From NCBI RefSeq assembly GCF_009914755.1, contig NC_060938.1: a stretch of DNA of 64,000 nucleotides; one strand, 5' to 3'. Under the pieces are notes generated by a model. It was not told the origin of the DNA. It searched no databases and saw nothing but the letters and a program-made list of their open reading frames with translations. A program made the position numbers and the translations under genes. How positions within the stretch are numbered: the first letter of the stretch is position 1; the number at the start of each line of letters is the position of its first letter. Of the stretch, positions 18,881-50,701 are shown piece by piece. The stretch comes from the human T2T-CHM13v2.0 reference genome, Homo sapiens.

Positions 18881-19107
18881 CAGATTGAATATCCCTTATC
18901 CAAAATGCTTGGGACCCGAAATGTTTTGGATTTTGTATTTTTTTAAACTCAGGAATATTTGCCTTATACCAATTGAAGATCCCCAAATCCAAAAATCCAA
19001 AATCCAAAATGCTCTCCAATGAGCATTTTCTTTGAGTGTCATGTCAGCATTCAGAAAGTTCCAGATTTTGAAACATTTCAGATTTCAGATCTGAGATGTT
19101 CAACTTG
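18881..19107. mobile_element. Tigger4a/MER46A-type MITE (TcMar)
   Basis: TIRs cagattgaatatcc... / ...gatgttcaacttg followed by TA; internal ccaaaatgct motifs. Confidence 0.8.
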
Positions 19108-19990
19108 TAACTAGATAAACAGAAATTGAGCTAAGTCCTCCTCCCCTAGGTATAGAAGATGAAAGCAGAACTTTTAGGAACATAATCATATGATGAACAA
19201 CCAACCAATGAAAGATTAATAATGAGAAGAAACTAATAGCAATATATAATAATTATCATCAGAAAGAAATACAAGTAATCAATAGGAAAACTTTATTCCT
19301 GCATTCTGACAACAGACATTCTTGCTTTGTTTTTGTGTGTTGTTTTGTTTTTGTCAATAAGAGTCAATATATTTCTTATAAATTTTAATGTTTAAAAAAA
19401 AACTATTGCACCTGCCTTAGGAAAGCTGACTGTTAATATTTTGTGGTTCATTTTATGGCTAAAAACTATTAATATATAAGTCAGTAATTTGTGTTATTCT
19501 TCAATGTGATTAATTATCTCCTGTGGCAGAAAAAAAAATCTTCCCAAATACGATTACTTTCCAAACTTTTTCTATGGATTTTGACATATTAGACCTTCTT
19601 GTACAAAGACTCATATGTCATATATACTTTCTGACAACTAGGAAAAGCTAGACATCTAATTGCAAAAATGTGTAGCTAGAAGGGAATTTTAAATAACTGC
19701 ATTTATCCTTCAATTTTATATTCAAAAAAAAGAAAGAAAGAAAACAGACTAAAAGTTGGGCTACCCAAGGTTTGGCGTTTGTAGGTTTCCCTGCATTTCT
19801 ATTACAATATGTACTCTCACCAAGGAGTTTAGCCTTGAAAAATAAAAAACGACAAATATAAATTCCAATACAGAAAATAAATGTTGGGTTATATCTACTA
19901 TAGGAAAAAAAATATGAACTATTCATGGCCTAAAGTAAGTACTTATTCAAATGTACGTTGTACGTTTTGATATTCAGATGTAGAAAGTCA

Positions 19991-20188
<198 letters not shown>

Positions 20189-20384
20189 TCAAACTAATTC
20201 AACAATGTTAAGAGCTTAAAATATTTTAAGACCATAAGTATATTATAAAATAAAGCATTTTTACATAATAAAAAATAAAATAATTTTTACATAATAAAAG
20301 TAAAATTTAAATTCTTGCTAAGTAAATTACAAAAGTATTAATATAAGTTCTTCATACTGTTCTCTTTAAAAGCATATGCTATTT

Positions 20385-20697
<313 letters not shown>

Positions 20698-21436
20698 CTA
20701 TTTAATGAAGTAATTGCAACTAACATTATCCTTCTATCCAACTACTTGATCTGTATAAAGAGAAACTGATTTAACATATAATATATGCATTTACGAACAC
20801 ATGTTCTCTGGATGAGAATTGTTAAGCACTCTGATTCCCAAGAAAACGTCATAGATATAGACAGACCTTTACCACGCAAACTGCTTGTACATATTAATTT
20901 TTTAGCTTTGTCATTTTTAAAGTTGATTACCCACTTTGTATTATTTGTCCCATCATCCTCTCCACAGCTACATGATTCTACCATTTTAGAGTACGTTATA
21001 CTTCCATTAAATTGGATAAAAAGAACATAAAGAACTGAAATTCCAAATCTGGCTAATTTGGTTACTTTTTTGAAAATTCTGGTATCAAAAATCAATTTAG
21101 AGCTAATTTTGACTTTCAGAAGTCTCCAAATTTCCAAATCATGAGTTTTTTTTGTTTTTGTTTTTTTTTAGGCACACTGGGGCAAGACATAATTTAGGCA
21201 TAAAAAATAGAAGACTGGTGACAGTACAAAAGTTTTAATTAGGGATGGATGGGAAAAGGGTATGCAGAAAGAGCAACCATGAATAGAGGTATACCAATGG
21301 GAGCTGAACTACCTAAAACAATCAATATAAGAATTTTGAAAGGAATGCTATAGGCTGCCACCCCAAGTTTTTATTGGTGCTGTCCTGTGCGTTCGCTGTG
21401 TCTTTTTTTCTTTTTTGGGGGGATAACAGGAGGGGA

Positions 21437-21696
<260 letters not shown>

Positions 21697-22387
21697 TCAA
21701 AGATACGTTCAAATGTTCAACTACAGGTGTATAAGAATATAAGATATTCATCTATATTTAAAACTCAAAGCCAATGAAAATATACTAACATGAAAAATAA
21801 TCAATCAATAAGCACTTCTATGCTCACTGTCAAATTTAAAATCTGGCACCAACCTAATGTTAACCTTCTATTTCCATTAGCACATACGAGGTCTCCATTT
21901 GGGAACCTCATCCTGACTTCACACTTCTACCTACCCACCCAAAATTCACATATCCTAATCTAAAACCTTAGACACCCTATTCTATTTTTCCTCCCATAGA
22001 AAATCTGTCACCAAGATTGGTCTCCCCCCAGTCTCTCCTGCCACCAAAATGTAAGCTATCACAATACCTTCTGTCTAAAAAAAAAAAAATTGGAAAGCTT
22101 ACTTTTGTTTTCTTACTTGAGATTCTTTTTCCTGACATATGCAGAATACCACTGTCAGATGAATCTTACCCAAAATACCTAATGACTTCTGCCTACACAT
22201 GTGTCTCCACACTACAGCCAGCTCCCACAGATTTAAGCTATTTCCTTTCATTCAAATACAAAGCATCTACTCTCACTGGGCAGTTTTCTCAAACATACAA
22301 TGCTGATTCTCACCTCTATGCCTCTCCTCACACTGGGTTCCTGAATAAAATGCAATATCCTCTAACATCTTTAAGAAAACAACTGTG

Positions 22388-22717
<330 letters not shown>

Positions 22718-23259
22718 TCACACTCCTCTAGAAGTCTAGAATAAATTGTGTCCTATATATGTTCATTTTTCTTCTCTAAACCTTTATAGTGTTTTTATAA
22801 TTTACCATTATGTCATTCTATTACATGCAGTGTTTTCTTTCCCTGCCTCTCTATCAAGAGAATGCTAAGTTTCTCTATAGCAAGACGTGTACCTTAGATA
22901 TCCCTAGGCATCTCTGTAATTTCCCAAGCAATGTTGGGCATATAGCAAGCATTCAATAAAACAAGATTAATAAATATTTAATGAAAATTCAAAATTAATG
23001 TGCTTAGAGTTAATTTAATAAGAATCAATTAGGATTAGAAGCACTTAGCCTTTGGGTATTTTAAATCCAAATTTGAAATAAATGATAGAATTATGCAATA
23101 ACAACTAATCATAAAACAATTACTGATTATCCGAAAGGTAAAAAACAGTTTCCTCTTTTTTTTTTTTAAAAAAAACAGTTTCCTCTTAAGTTAGATAACA
23201 ATTCCTATCATTAACCTAGCACTAACATCAATAGATTTGGCTCTACAAATGATAGAACA

Positions 23260-23550
23260 GGCCAGACGTGGTGGCTCATGTCTGTAATCTCAGCACTTTG
23301 GAAAGCTGAGACAGGCAGATCACCTGAGGTCAGGAGTTCGAGACCAGCCTGGCCAACATGGTGACACTGCGTCTCTACTAAAAACACAAATTAGACAGAC
23401 ACAGTGGCACACACCTGTAGTCCCAGCTACTCAGGAGGCTGAGGCTGGAGAATCACTTGAACCCAGGAGGCGGAGGCTGCAGTGAGACAACATCATGCCA
23501 CTGCACTCTAGCCTGGGCGACAGAGGAAGACTCTGTCTCAAAAAAAAGAA
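23260..23550 (+). mobile_element. AluS
   Basis: Alu consensus. Confidence 0.9.
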
Positions 23551-23834
23551 GATAAAACATACTTTAAAGAGCTAAGCCCTATATAAAGAAAAAAATTAAA
23601 AAGTTAAAGAATATTTTACCAATATTGTTCTACTTTTCTAACAATTGTTCAGAAATGCTCAAGTAAAGTCTCACACATTGAATGATGACACTCTTCTGGT
23701 GAAGAAAATCTCTAACTCAGGTTTCAATATAAAATAACCACAATTTTGAAAGTAAATATTAAATTTGATTAATGGCATTTTAGAATTACACTCAAGCCTA
23801 TAAGTTGTCTTTTGATAACATATCGCACATGTCA

Positions 23835-24047
<213 letters not shown>

Positions 24048-24290
24048 TTACCTCTCAAAACTACCAATAAATTTTAAAGATATTTCCCAAAATGTGCTGT
24101 ATTACTAATTTTTAATATTCAAATATATATGAGAATATCCTCACCCCACAAATAATCTCAATTCCGAAGGTAACAGAGTACCCCTAACAGTTGCATTTGT
24201 CCTTGGTAATTTAAAAAAAAATTCTTCTTTAAATAGGCAATATATCCACCATATTACAAAATTCAAAAGGTACAGAAGAGTATATAGTAA

Positions 24291-24644
<354 letters not shown>

Positions 24645-24829
24645 CATTCTCACTCTTAAAAACAAGTATGTGTGTGTATGTATATGCATGTACTATCTGT
24701 GTCACATGAAATATACATGTTATACCAAGCAAATGAGAATGGAAGAAAATTGAGAGTATTTTCACTTTTTGCACTTATTTTTAATTTTTTTAATAAGCAT
24801 ATACCTACTTTTTTAATTAAAAAAATTTT

Positions 24830-25330
24830 AATATTAACTTGAAAGTTAAAAACTATTTTGATACCATTCCTTCTCTAATAGATTGGCAAAAATCAGTTTG
24901 ACAGCAACATATTATGTTGGTGAGGCTATGGAAAAACAGGCACTCTCATACACTTCTGCTGGGACTGCAAAATGGTACAACCCCAGTACAGAGTAACTTG
25001 ATAATATCTAACAAAATTATATATGGATTTCCTCCTTAATCCAGCCACCCCACTAATAGTAATCTATTCCAAAGATACTCTAACAAAACAAAAACAGAAA
25101 AACAAAATATATTCACAAGGTTATTCGCTGAAGCACTATTTGTAACAACAAAAGTTTTTTTCCTTTTTCCCTTGTGTTTGAAATACTGTATTTCAAACAC
25201 AAACTCAGAATAACAGAAAACTGAAAACAATCCAAATAATCATGTAATTAGAGACTAGTTGAAAAAATATTACATCCACACAATGGAGTAATACACTGCT
25301 ACAGACTGATTTCTAGGATACAAGTGAAAA
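24830..25330 (+). mobile_element. L1ME fragment (ORF2 3' end)
   Basis: gattggcaaaaat...gaaaaacaggcactctcatacact...aaaatggtacaacc. Confidence 0.7.
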
Positions 25331-25849
25331 ACACAAAGAGAGGAAAGATGTATAAAATATTGTTTATATGATACACATGCATACAAATATTTAGATACAC
25401 TTGCTCACATTTTTAAAATATTTTAAGTATTAAACATCAATAAAAGATACAATCAAAAATTAAAATAGGCAAAAGAATAAAACTGATGTGTTATAACTAA
25501 TTGACCATAATTTTACTTTTGATATTATTAGAAGTTTTTGTTATCTCTGATGCTTATTAGAAATTGTATCCTTTTAAATTTTTTAATGTTACTGGTACAT
25601 AAATTTATAATTAAACTTTGTACACTGACCTTGATCCAGAAGTCTTGCCAACTTCACATATTAATACCAATAGTTTATAAATTCTTTCAGATTTTCTACA
25701 AACATGTTATCTATGATGATCTAAGTCATCATTATACCTGATAATACATCCTAGATTAATGACAATTTATACCACCCCATTTCTCTGCTCCCTTTTACAG
25801 TAAACCTCTATGAAGGAATTGTCCACACCCTTACATCTATTTTCCAAAT

Positions 25850-26950
<1,101 letters not shown>

Positions 26951-27019
26951 ACCTGAGAAAGTGTTGACATATCTAATTGATTTTTAAGCCTAATTAAATT
27001 ATTTCAAAAATAATAACTG

Positions 27020-30840
<3,821 letters not shown>

Positions 30841-31062
30841 TAAATCAAAATAATGACTTCAAGATATCAAAGTGAGCTTTAGAAACAGGGTTGGACCTTT
30901 ATAACTCCATATTTTTAAACAAATTCAAAAGTGTGTTTTACTGAAAGGAATATCAAAAACTACTAACAGATGTGTTGCCTTGAAGTAGTGGGAAGATGAC
31001 ACTTTTCCCTAAATGGTCATTATTGGTTTATATCAGTAAATGTCATCATTTGCTTATAATTA

Positions 31063-31206
<144 letters not shown>

Positions 31207-31501
31207 CTACAAAAGATTTTCTTAATTAAAATAATATACAAAATTGTCCTATAAATCTTTTTTCCATTAACAGATCAAAATGATCTAAGGACTAAAAGAG
31301 TAACTCATAATTTAAATTATGATTAGTTATTTAACTTTCTGTAATGTTAATAAAATTATACAACAACTTCTGTGAGTCTGACATTTTCACATTTTCCTTG
31401 AAAGCCACTCTTTCTAGATAAACCCCTAAATGAAGCCAAACTTAAAGAAAGTCCTATTGCATATCTTGTTCTTCCTATATAAACATAGCACAAAAACAAC
31501 A

Positions 31502-31800
31502 GGCTGGGCGTGGTGGCTCACGCCTGTAATCCCAGCATTTTGGGAGGCCGAGGCAGGCAGATCATGAGGTCAGGAGATCGAGACCATCCTGGCAAACACG
31601 GTGAAACCCCGTCTCTACTAAAAATATAAAAAATTAGCCGGGCGTGGTGGTGGGTGCCTGTATTCCCAGCTACTAGGGAGGCTGAGGCAGGAGAATGGCA
31701 TGAACCCAAGAGATGGAGCTTACAGTGAGTGGAGATCATGCCATTGTACTCCAGTCTGGGCAACAGAGCGAGACTTTGCCTCAAAAAAAAAGAAAGAAAA
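31502..31800 (+). mobile_element. AluY/Sc
   Basis: Alu consensus with gagatcgagaccatcctgg. Confidence 0.9.
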
Positions 31801-32529
31801 ACAACAGAGAACTCTCTTTCCTAGCTAAATCCATACCCAAGTAACAAAAACATCCAAAAATAGAGAAAATACAAAAAGCAGTAAGATAAATGAATCTAAA
31901 ACCTTTTTTGAAGCTGTAACCAAGAAAAATTCCAAGCTCAAAAAGGAAATTAGTTGGCAGGAAAGAAAAGCACCAACAGTGGCAAAAATTATGTCATAAA
32001 TTACTTTTAAACATATAATACTGATGAAGACTATCAAAAAATACATGATACAGCACAAGCCAAATTAAAACTGAACTCTAGAGAATTTAAAAATTAAGAG
32101 ATATTAACAAATAGAACGAATATAAGAGAGTCAAAAATCAACATTAGTGAAATGTACTTACACAAACCCAAAAAATGGGAAGTTAGATGAACATAAAACA
32201 ACTTACAAGAAAATGATGGACTATTTAAGCTATGAACAATATTCATATCTAAAGGAAAAATTAAGGACTGCCTCTTGGAAATGAAAAACTGAAAAATGTA
32301 AAAACAACTTTTCCTAAACAGAAAGGCATTCTTTAACATGAATATTTAAAAAGGCATAGAATGTTTCTCTCAGTAATAATTTTTAAGGAGATACCTACTG
32401 ACACGTACTATGAAGTGTTTAAATATTTCAAACCAGAAACATTACAACAAATTATCAAGAAAAAATGAATATTTCTCCAATTCTGAATACCAGTTATAGT
32501 ATCAAACTGTATAATACCAATTTCTATCA

Positions 32530-32769
<240 letters not shown>

Positions 32770-33106
32770 CTATTAAAAAAAAAGTCAAGAGTTTAAAAGA
32801 AAACATATGAATATACATTTCTGATAATAATTTTTTATATATTCCTTCTAAATAAGAGAAAAGCATATATTTTCTAAGAAATAAAATAATCAAATGTTTA
32901 CAATGAAATTTAAAAACAAAGGTATCTGAACAACTTTCTTTTAAAATCCTATGGTATATAGTAGCACATTCCTAATTCTAAACTAATCTATGAGCCTAAT
33001 CCCTATAAACATGGATATTTCTCCTGCTTAACTCATCTCAGACAGGGAAGAGTGGAGAGAAAAGTGGAAGAGTGAACATCTTCTTTTGTTTTGTTTTGGG
33101 TTTTTA

Positions 33107-34945
<1,839 letters not shown>

Positions 34946-34949
34946 AGTA

Positions 34950-40593
<5,644 letters not shown>

Positions 40594-40676
40594 ATCTCAA
40601 ATAGTTTGGAGAAAAAAATTATTTATACACTTCTTGCATCTTTTCTGTAAATTTGATAGCATTTCAAATTTTTTAA

Positions 40677-41001
<325 letters not shown>

Positions 41002-41259
41002 ACTATTTTGTAATTCTAAAGCTAAGATATGTATAGCATAAAATTTTCAAATTCTACTAAAACTCCACTTATTGTATCACTGTTAACATCTGGGTGAACT
41101 TCTTTCCAGAATCATGTCTGTACAGGATATATACAAAACAATACACAAGACAATATGCTGGAGGAAAACACTTCACGTAGATAAAATCATACACCCACTG
41201 TCCTATAACCTGATTTTTTTTCACTCAATATTATCTTATACATACCATTTCCTATAATA

Positions 41260-42330
41260 CTGTGAATATATTTTTTTCCTCTCCTTTCCTGACACACAGC
41301 TCCTAAAAGCCTTGGATTCTGTAGAATGATAAGAGTACCTTTTGTTTTTTGTTTTTGTTTTTTGAGACGGAGTCTCACTCTGTCACCCAGGCTGGAGTGC
41401 AGTGATGCGATCTCAGCTCCCTGCAACCTCCGCCTCTTGGGTTCAAGCAATTCTCCCTGCTTCAGCCTCCCAAGTAGCTGGGAGTACAGGCGCCCGCCAC
41501 CACGCCTGGCTAATTTTTGTATTTTTGGCAGAGATGGGGTTTTGCCATATTGGCCGTGCTAGTCTCGAACTCCAGACCTCAGGTGATCTGCCCACCTCAG
41601 CCTCCCAAAGTGCTGGGATTACAGGCATGAGGTGCCCAGCCAAGAGTGCCTTTTGTATGTTAATAAAATGACTCCTAGATAGCTTCAAGATGGGGGCTGG
41701 TCACTGAAAAGACTAAAGCCTGATTAGAAGGTTGAGACTTTCAGTTCCACACCCCAACCTCCAGAAGGAGAGAGGGGATAATGGCCAGTGATGTAATCAA
41801 TCATGCCTATGCAGTGAGCCTTCATGAAAAGCCAAAAGAACACAGTTTGGAGAGCTTCCAGACAAATGAATATGTGGAGGTTCCTGGAGGGTGGTGCCCC
41901 AGAGAAGCCACAGAAATTTGGAACCCCTTCTCCCACACCTCACTCTATGCATCTAGTCCATCTGACTGTTCATCTATAGTCTTCGTAATATCTTTATCAT
42001 AAACCGAGAAACATAAAGTGTTTCCTAGAGTTCTGTGAGCCATTCTAGCAAATTAATCAAACCCAAGAGTGTCCAATTTACAGCCAGTCTATCAGAGAAG
42101 TATAGGTGACAACCTACTATGTGACTGGCACTTAAGTGGGGGCAGTCTTGTGGGACTGAGCCCTCAATCTGTGAGATGTGATGTTATCTCCAGTTAGATA
42201 GTATCAGAATTGAACTGAATTACAGGACACCCAGGTGGTATCGAAGGCAGAACTGCTTGGTTGGTATGTGGGGGAAAACCATAGAAGTATTCTTTGTTGA
42301 TGCTGAGTGAGAGAATAGGGAGGAAAAAAA
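41260..42330 (+). mobile_element. MER21-type LTR with a nested Alu (41343-41641 -)
   Basis: gcttcaagatgggggctggtcac, aatcaatcatgcctatg, gggggcagtcttgtgggactgagccct motifs. Confidence 0.8.
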
Positions 42331-42358
42331 GCACTTTGGTTCTTCTTATCCTTATAAT

Positions 42359-42883
<525 letters not shown>

Positions 42884-43030
42884 AATAAACGAAACACTCA
42901 AACCAAGTACTTCAGGATTTCATCTCTCACTAGTCTAGTAAGTTTTAGGTTACTGAAATAATTATGAGAAAATACATCAACTAAATTTTAGTAATACTAC
43001 CTCTGATTAGAAAGCTTAGGGGAAAAAGCT

Positions 43031-43328
<298 letters not shown>

Positions 43329-43601
43329 CTAAAACCACACAAAAACAAGTTTTTTCCAAAGTTCAAAATAAAAAATAAGGAAAATAACAAAACTAAAGTA
43401 ACTCCTTACATTGTTAAGACAAAAAACAAACCATTTTAATGACATGATTTTGACTCAATTCTTTAAAAAGTATGTTAATACAATTTACTTATATTCCTAA
43501 AAATATTTAACAATATAGTATCACTGAATGCCTATGTTCAAGGGTATGGAATGTTTAAAATAGCTACAGAAACGGTCAAATTCTCTTCATCATATTTATT
43601 A

Positions 43602-43712
<111 letters not shown>

Positions 43713-44988
43713 TTAATTACTTTTACAAAGATTTATCAACTATTTATCATGTATAAAATGCTGTGCTAGACATTAGAAACACAAAAATAAAAAATACAAG
43801 GTCTCCTTCCTCAGAAAACAAAGAATCCAGTGGGAGAGATTATCAAGAAAACAATAACACAAAATAATCATCATGAGAGAGAAAAGCACAAGGTGTTATA
43901 TAACCAAAGAGGAGGCATATTAGCTCAAAAACACTTTATTTCTAATTAACAGTCAAAATAAATTGTTGTGTAACTTAAATGTCCATACTTCTTAATTTAT
44001 ATTCATTCATCCGTTTCAGCAAACTATATCATAAGCACCTGCTATGTGGCAGGAATACAATGGTAAAAACTAACTAGTCCCTTCCCTCATGGAAATTAAA
44101 ATCCAGAAACATAAATTAATCAAATCAACAGATAAATAAATGTAAAATTGCAACAGTAGTAAATGTTAGGACTTGGGGAGTTATAAGGCTCACGTACTTT
44201 GTACCTATATACATCTTGATTTTCTAATGTAATTCATAACCAAACTACGAACTGCCACCTTTGTTTTGAATTTCAGATATGTGCACAATTTCTCTCTAGA
44301 CAAATGAAAATAATGTTATACTAAATTTTTCTTGAATCTAGAAATGCTTAGTCATGAAGTACTGGAGTTATAAAACTGTGTAACAGAAAACTGAAGTCTA
44401 AAGATGTACAAAGATAAAATTAGTGAACTAATCCTGCAATATTTCCTATACTGTTAGCAGAAACAGCAACTCTTTACTAAGAACTTAATATGTTCCATAT
44501 TCTATGCTAAAACCTTTATATATACTATTTCCTCACAAAACAATAATGAAATAGATTTCTTCTTAAATTCTACTTTATAAATGAAAATTGACAATCAGAA
44601 AGACTAAGTAATTTGTCTGAGGTTACACAATCAGTAAGTAACAAAGCAAGATTTTAAATCCAGGTTTTTCTATAAAGCTCTATAAGGGTTTACACCATAT
44701 TGAGAATTTCATATTTAGTACTAATAACCTGGCAAAATAGGTAGTTTATTCCTTTCTATGAAGGATGACACAATCAGCAAAGACAAAAACCCAGGATCAT
44801 ACAACCAGAAGAGTTTAAGATTTGAATCCAGGACTATCTGGGGAGCAAAGGCCAGGCTCTTTTCAACTAATAATAGGGAAAGAATAGGGAAATTTAATCT
44901 AAATAGGGAAAGAAAATAAACATGTTTCAATGGAGAAAAAAAATTCAGTCTGCAGGCATTCACTTGCCTATTGAAAAAAGGAAGATGT

Positions 44989-45860
<872 letters not shown>

Positions 45861-46348
45861 AAAAAAGGAAGATGTTTTATGTGCTTCATATGCATTATAT
45901 AAGTAAAAGGTACTCTACAATCAGAACAGTAAACTATTCTAAATAAATTCATAATTTAATAATAACATTAATAGTAGCAAATGCTTAAATGTACAATTCA
46001 TTTAATTCTCATGACTACACTATAAGGTATATACTATTACTATCTCTATTTTACAATTGAAAAAAACTAAAGCACAGAGATTTCAACTGGTTCACTTTCT
46101 CTCCTGTCTCATGGAAACATGATTCTCCTCTCTAAGGTACTCCGCTTCCTGTGCTCCTGAAGGAATCCCTACTATGTCTTCCTAAACCTGACTTTCCTCA
46201 TCTCACTCTTGCTTTAACTCACCCTCTTTAGTCTCTTTCCTTTCTCCTTCCTCCTAAAGTACATCTCTTTAACTCAGTTCTCTCTCAAATTCCCATGCTA
46301 TCTCCTCCTTCATTACCTTCAACAAACCTCTTAAAAGAACAAACTTCA

Positions 46349-46635
<287 letters not shown>

Positions 46636-47304
46636 AAAAAGAACAAATTTCAACTTTCTCTACCTTCTCAAATCTTATTCACTATTCATTGACTAACGCA
46701 TTCATTACTCATTATCCTCCCCATTTAAACCTGCAAATTCCCCTAGTATGTTCTCTTAGTTAACTGCAGCACCACTACCTCAGTCTGCCAAGTTTCAAAT
46801 TAGACTCACCCTCAAAAATCTCTTCCTTTCTTCTTCATTTTGGTCTACCTGGAAGCCTCTAAAGTCTGATTTTACATCTGTCAACTTTATGCCAGGCTTA
46901 TCTATCATCTTCTAGGGTAAATGTTCTCAACTAGGAGTTGCACCAGAATTACTTAGAAAGTTTTTTCAAAGTACCTACATGAACAATCTTATATTATATA
47001 TATAAGGTATATATACCAACTATCCCCCAATACAAACAGACATTCACTTATTACTCTCTTATGGACTATCAAAATCTCTGGGCAGAAAAAAAGATGTTCA
47101 TCTGAGCAGATGATCCTAGTATGCTACACATAACTCCTTTGCCTTGGAAGAGAAAGCTTCAATTTGTCCCAGTGATAAAAACCACTAAAAAACATATGTA
47201 ACCATAGTTCCTACACTAAAAATCGTCCAGTCTCAAAATAACTTCCCTCACCAAACATACTAAAAGTATTTAGTTCTTAAGTGAAATGTTAAGAAATAAA
47301 AGCT

Positions 47305-47828
47305 CTCTCCTCAGCTGCCACCAAGGTTCTCGGTTCTTATGAGGAAGCCAAGACCACACTGGGGTGAGACCCTCACTTCATCAGGTGACTAGCACCATGT
47401 CAGGCAGCACCAGCCCTGCACTCGCCCACATCATGGCCTCCATCTCAAGTTCTTCTGTATCTCCTTGGACCTCATTCTGCACGACAATGAGGTGACCATC
47501 ACAGTGGATTAGATCAATGCCCTTGTTAAAGCAGCTGATATAAATGTTGAACCTTTCTGGCCTAATTTGTTTGCAAAGGACTGGCCAATGTCAACATCAG
47601 GAGCTTCATCTGCAATGTAGGGGCTGGTGGACCTGCTCCAACAGTTGGTGCTGCACCTGCAGAAGGTCCTGCCCCCACCACCACTGCTGCCCCAGCTGAG
47701 GAAAAGAAAGTGGAAACAAAGAAAGAAGAACCTGAGGAGTATGATGATGACATGGACTTTGGTCTTTTTGACTAAACCTCTTTTATAACATGTTCAATAA
47801 AAAAGCTGAACTCTTAAGAAAAAAAAAA
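47305..47828 (+). pseudogene. Processed pseudogene of ribosomal protein P1 (RPLP1), antisense in SEC23A intron 5
   Basis: Intronless copy with pyrimidine-rich 5' end, ATG at 47433, ...[28 protein letters not shown] (47773-47775), AATAAA at 47796, poly(A), degenerate TSD aagaaataaaagct/aagaaacaagct; frameshifts and a TAG at 47510 in the parental frame. Confidence 0.95.
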
Positions 47829-48051
47829 GAAACAAGCTAATATTCTGCAGTTGCTCTCTCTTAGCCTTCAGCATGACTCTTCATAAGCCCTTCAAATCTC
47901 TAGTAAAATACTGTTGGTTTGACTTTAAATTTTAAAGATATAGTTAAAAGTGAAGGGTGTTTAATCTGTATAACAATTTAAGGCACATGAAAAGAAAACT
48001 GAAGCCAGCACTGAATTTAAAGCCTTTGTTATAATACAATTATATTAGTTA

Positions 48052-48390
<339 letters not shown>

Positions 48391-49205
48391 TTAAAAAATT
48401 CACCAAAAAGAAAAAATATGTAGTTTAAAGCACAGCATACAAGACAGTCAACAGGGAACTAATTAAATAACGAATACAAAAGAATCCTAGTAAAGCCATT
48501 TCAGAAATGAAACAGGTTATTTCTACTGTCATGGAGAGAGATCTAAGACATATCATCAGGTGAAAAATTAAGTTTAAGAACATGAGGTATAGTTACACAG
48601 AGGGGACTTTCACTTTCCATTTTATTTAACTACATGCATAAGGTTTCATTTGACTCTTTTAAAATAATTAGTAAACCTGACTTGGATTTTCAGATAACTA
48701 GAAACTAGCCAGGCTGGACAAATTACTGAATGGTCCAAGTGAACCATAATTGTTTTCTCTAAAACATTCATAAAAGATATTACTTCCACAGTAAAACATG
48801 TAAACAACTATGGTTAAGTATTCAGAAAGAGAATAAAAATGATTTTCCTAAAGACCAATGCAAGATTATTTTCATTAATTAGACCTGGGGGATACATTAG
48901 CCAACTCCAGCATCATATTGACTAAATATTTGTTAACTGACCTTCCAACTACAAAGCAAGATTTATACTTTATTGTTTACTGATCTACTCAGTATAGCAA
49001 ATCACACCACCCTACCCAGTATCTTGGCCACCCATCAAATAAGTACAACATAGGAATTACCCTGCTCAAACTGACCTCAACAGTTCTTACCTTTGAAATG
49101 TTCCATCAAATCAATGTGAGAATTAAGCATGATTCCTTCTAAATCATCATAATTTAACAATTCTTTCAGTATAAATTTTAAAACTTTCTTAAATATTTGT
49201 TCTTA

Positions 49206-49301
<96 letters not shown>

Positions 49302-49506
49302 CTACAAATAGAAAACAAACAAAAATTTTTAACAAATTATAGGCTAGAAAGATTAATAAAATTTTAAACAAAGTATTTCCTGATCATTTAATTATTTTTA
49401 AAAAGGCATTTTCATTAAATGAGAAATAATTATTTGTATCTTTTTTTAAATATGCATTTTTCTACATGACTAGTATTTTGGCATTAACATCTGCAATGGA
49501 TGTTTT

Positions 49507-49923
<417 letters not shown>

Positions 49924-50151
49924 TTAAAAAAAAAGAAAAGACATATCAGTTCATATTTCAGTTCAATTTTACAAAAATCCTAATTTCAATAAAATTAATT
50001 TCTTCCTAAAACATGAACATATTCAAATTGATAGTCAAAGTAACTTTTAAAAGCCATGTAGTTTTAGATACTGCCAATATCTAATTCACACTTTTAACAT
50101 ATACAAGTTTACCTAAATGGTGAATATAACTTTTAACATATAGTAAATATT

Positions 50152-50437
50152 GGCTGGGTGCAGTAGGTCACGCCTGTAATCTCAGCACTTTGGGAGGCCT
50201 GAGGCGGCAGATGGCTTGAGTCCAGGAGTTCAAGACCAGCTTGGGCAATATGGTGAAACCCAGTCTTCACAAAAAATACAAAGAATCATCCAGGCGTGGT
50301 GGCACATGCCTGCACTCCCAGTTACTTAGGAGGCTTAGGTGAGAGGATCATCTGAGCCCAGGTGGTCAAAGATACAGTGAGCCACAATCACAACACTGCC
50401 CTCCAATCTAAGTGACAGAGTGAAACCATCTCAAAAA
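50152..50437 (+). mobile_element. AluJ
   Basis: Diverged Alu consensus. Confidence 0.85.
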
Positions 50438-50701
50438 TATATATATGCACACATATATACAGCAAATATCAATAAAATTAAAATAATCCTATTTTTTTCT
50501 TCAAGTGACTTCAGTAACATCTACACTCAGACCTAGAAAACATTTATTCAGGTCAAAAATATATTTACTGAATGCCTAATAAGTACCAACCACTATTTTA
50601 GGCGCTGGTGATACAAGAAAAAGAGAACTGCTCTCATGGAGTTTACATTCTAGAAAAAACAGACAAAAGACAAGCAGATGCACAAACAAGAAAATACTTT
50701 T

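Noticed and set aside
47562-47753. 63-aa minus-strand [15 protein letters not shown]...
   Set aside because: Antisense reading of the RPLP1 pseudogene
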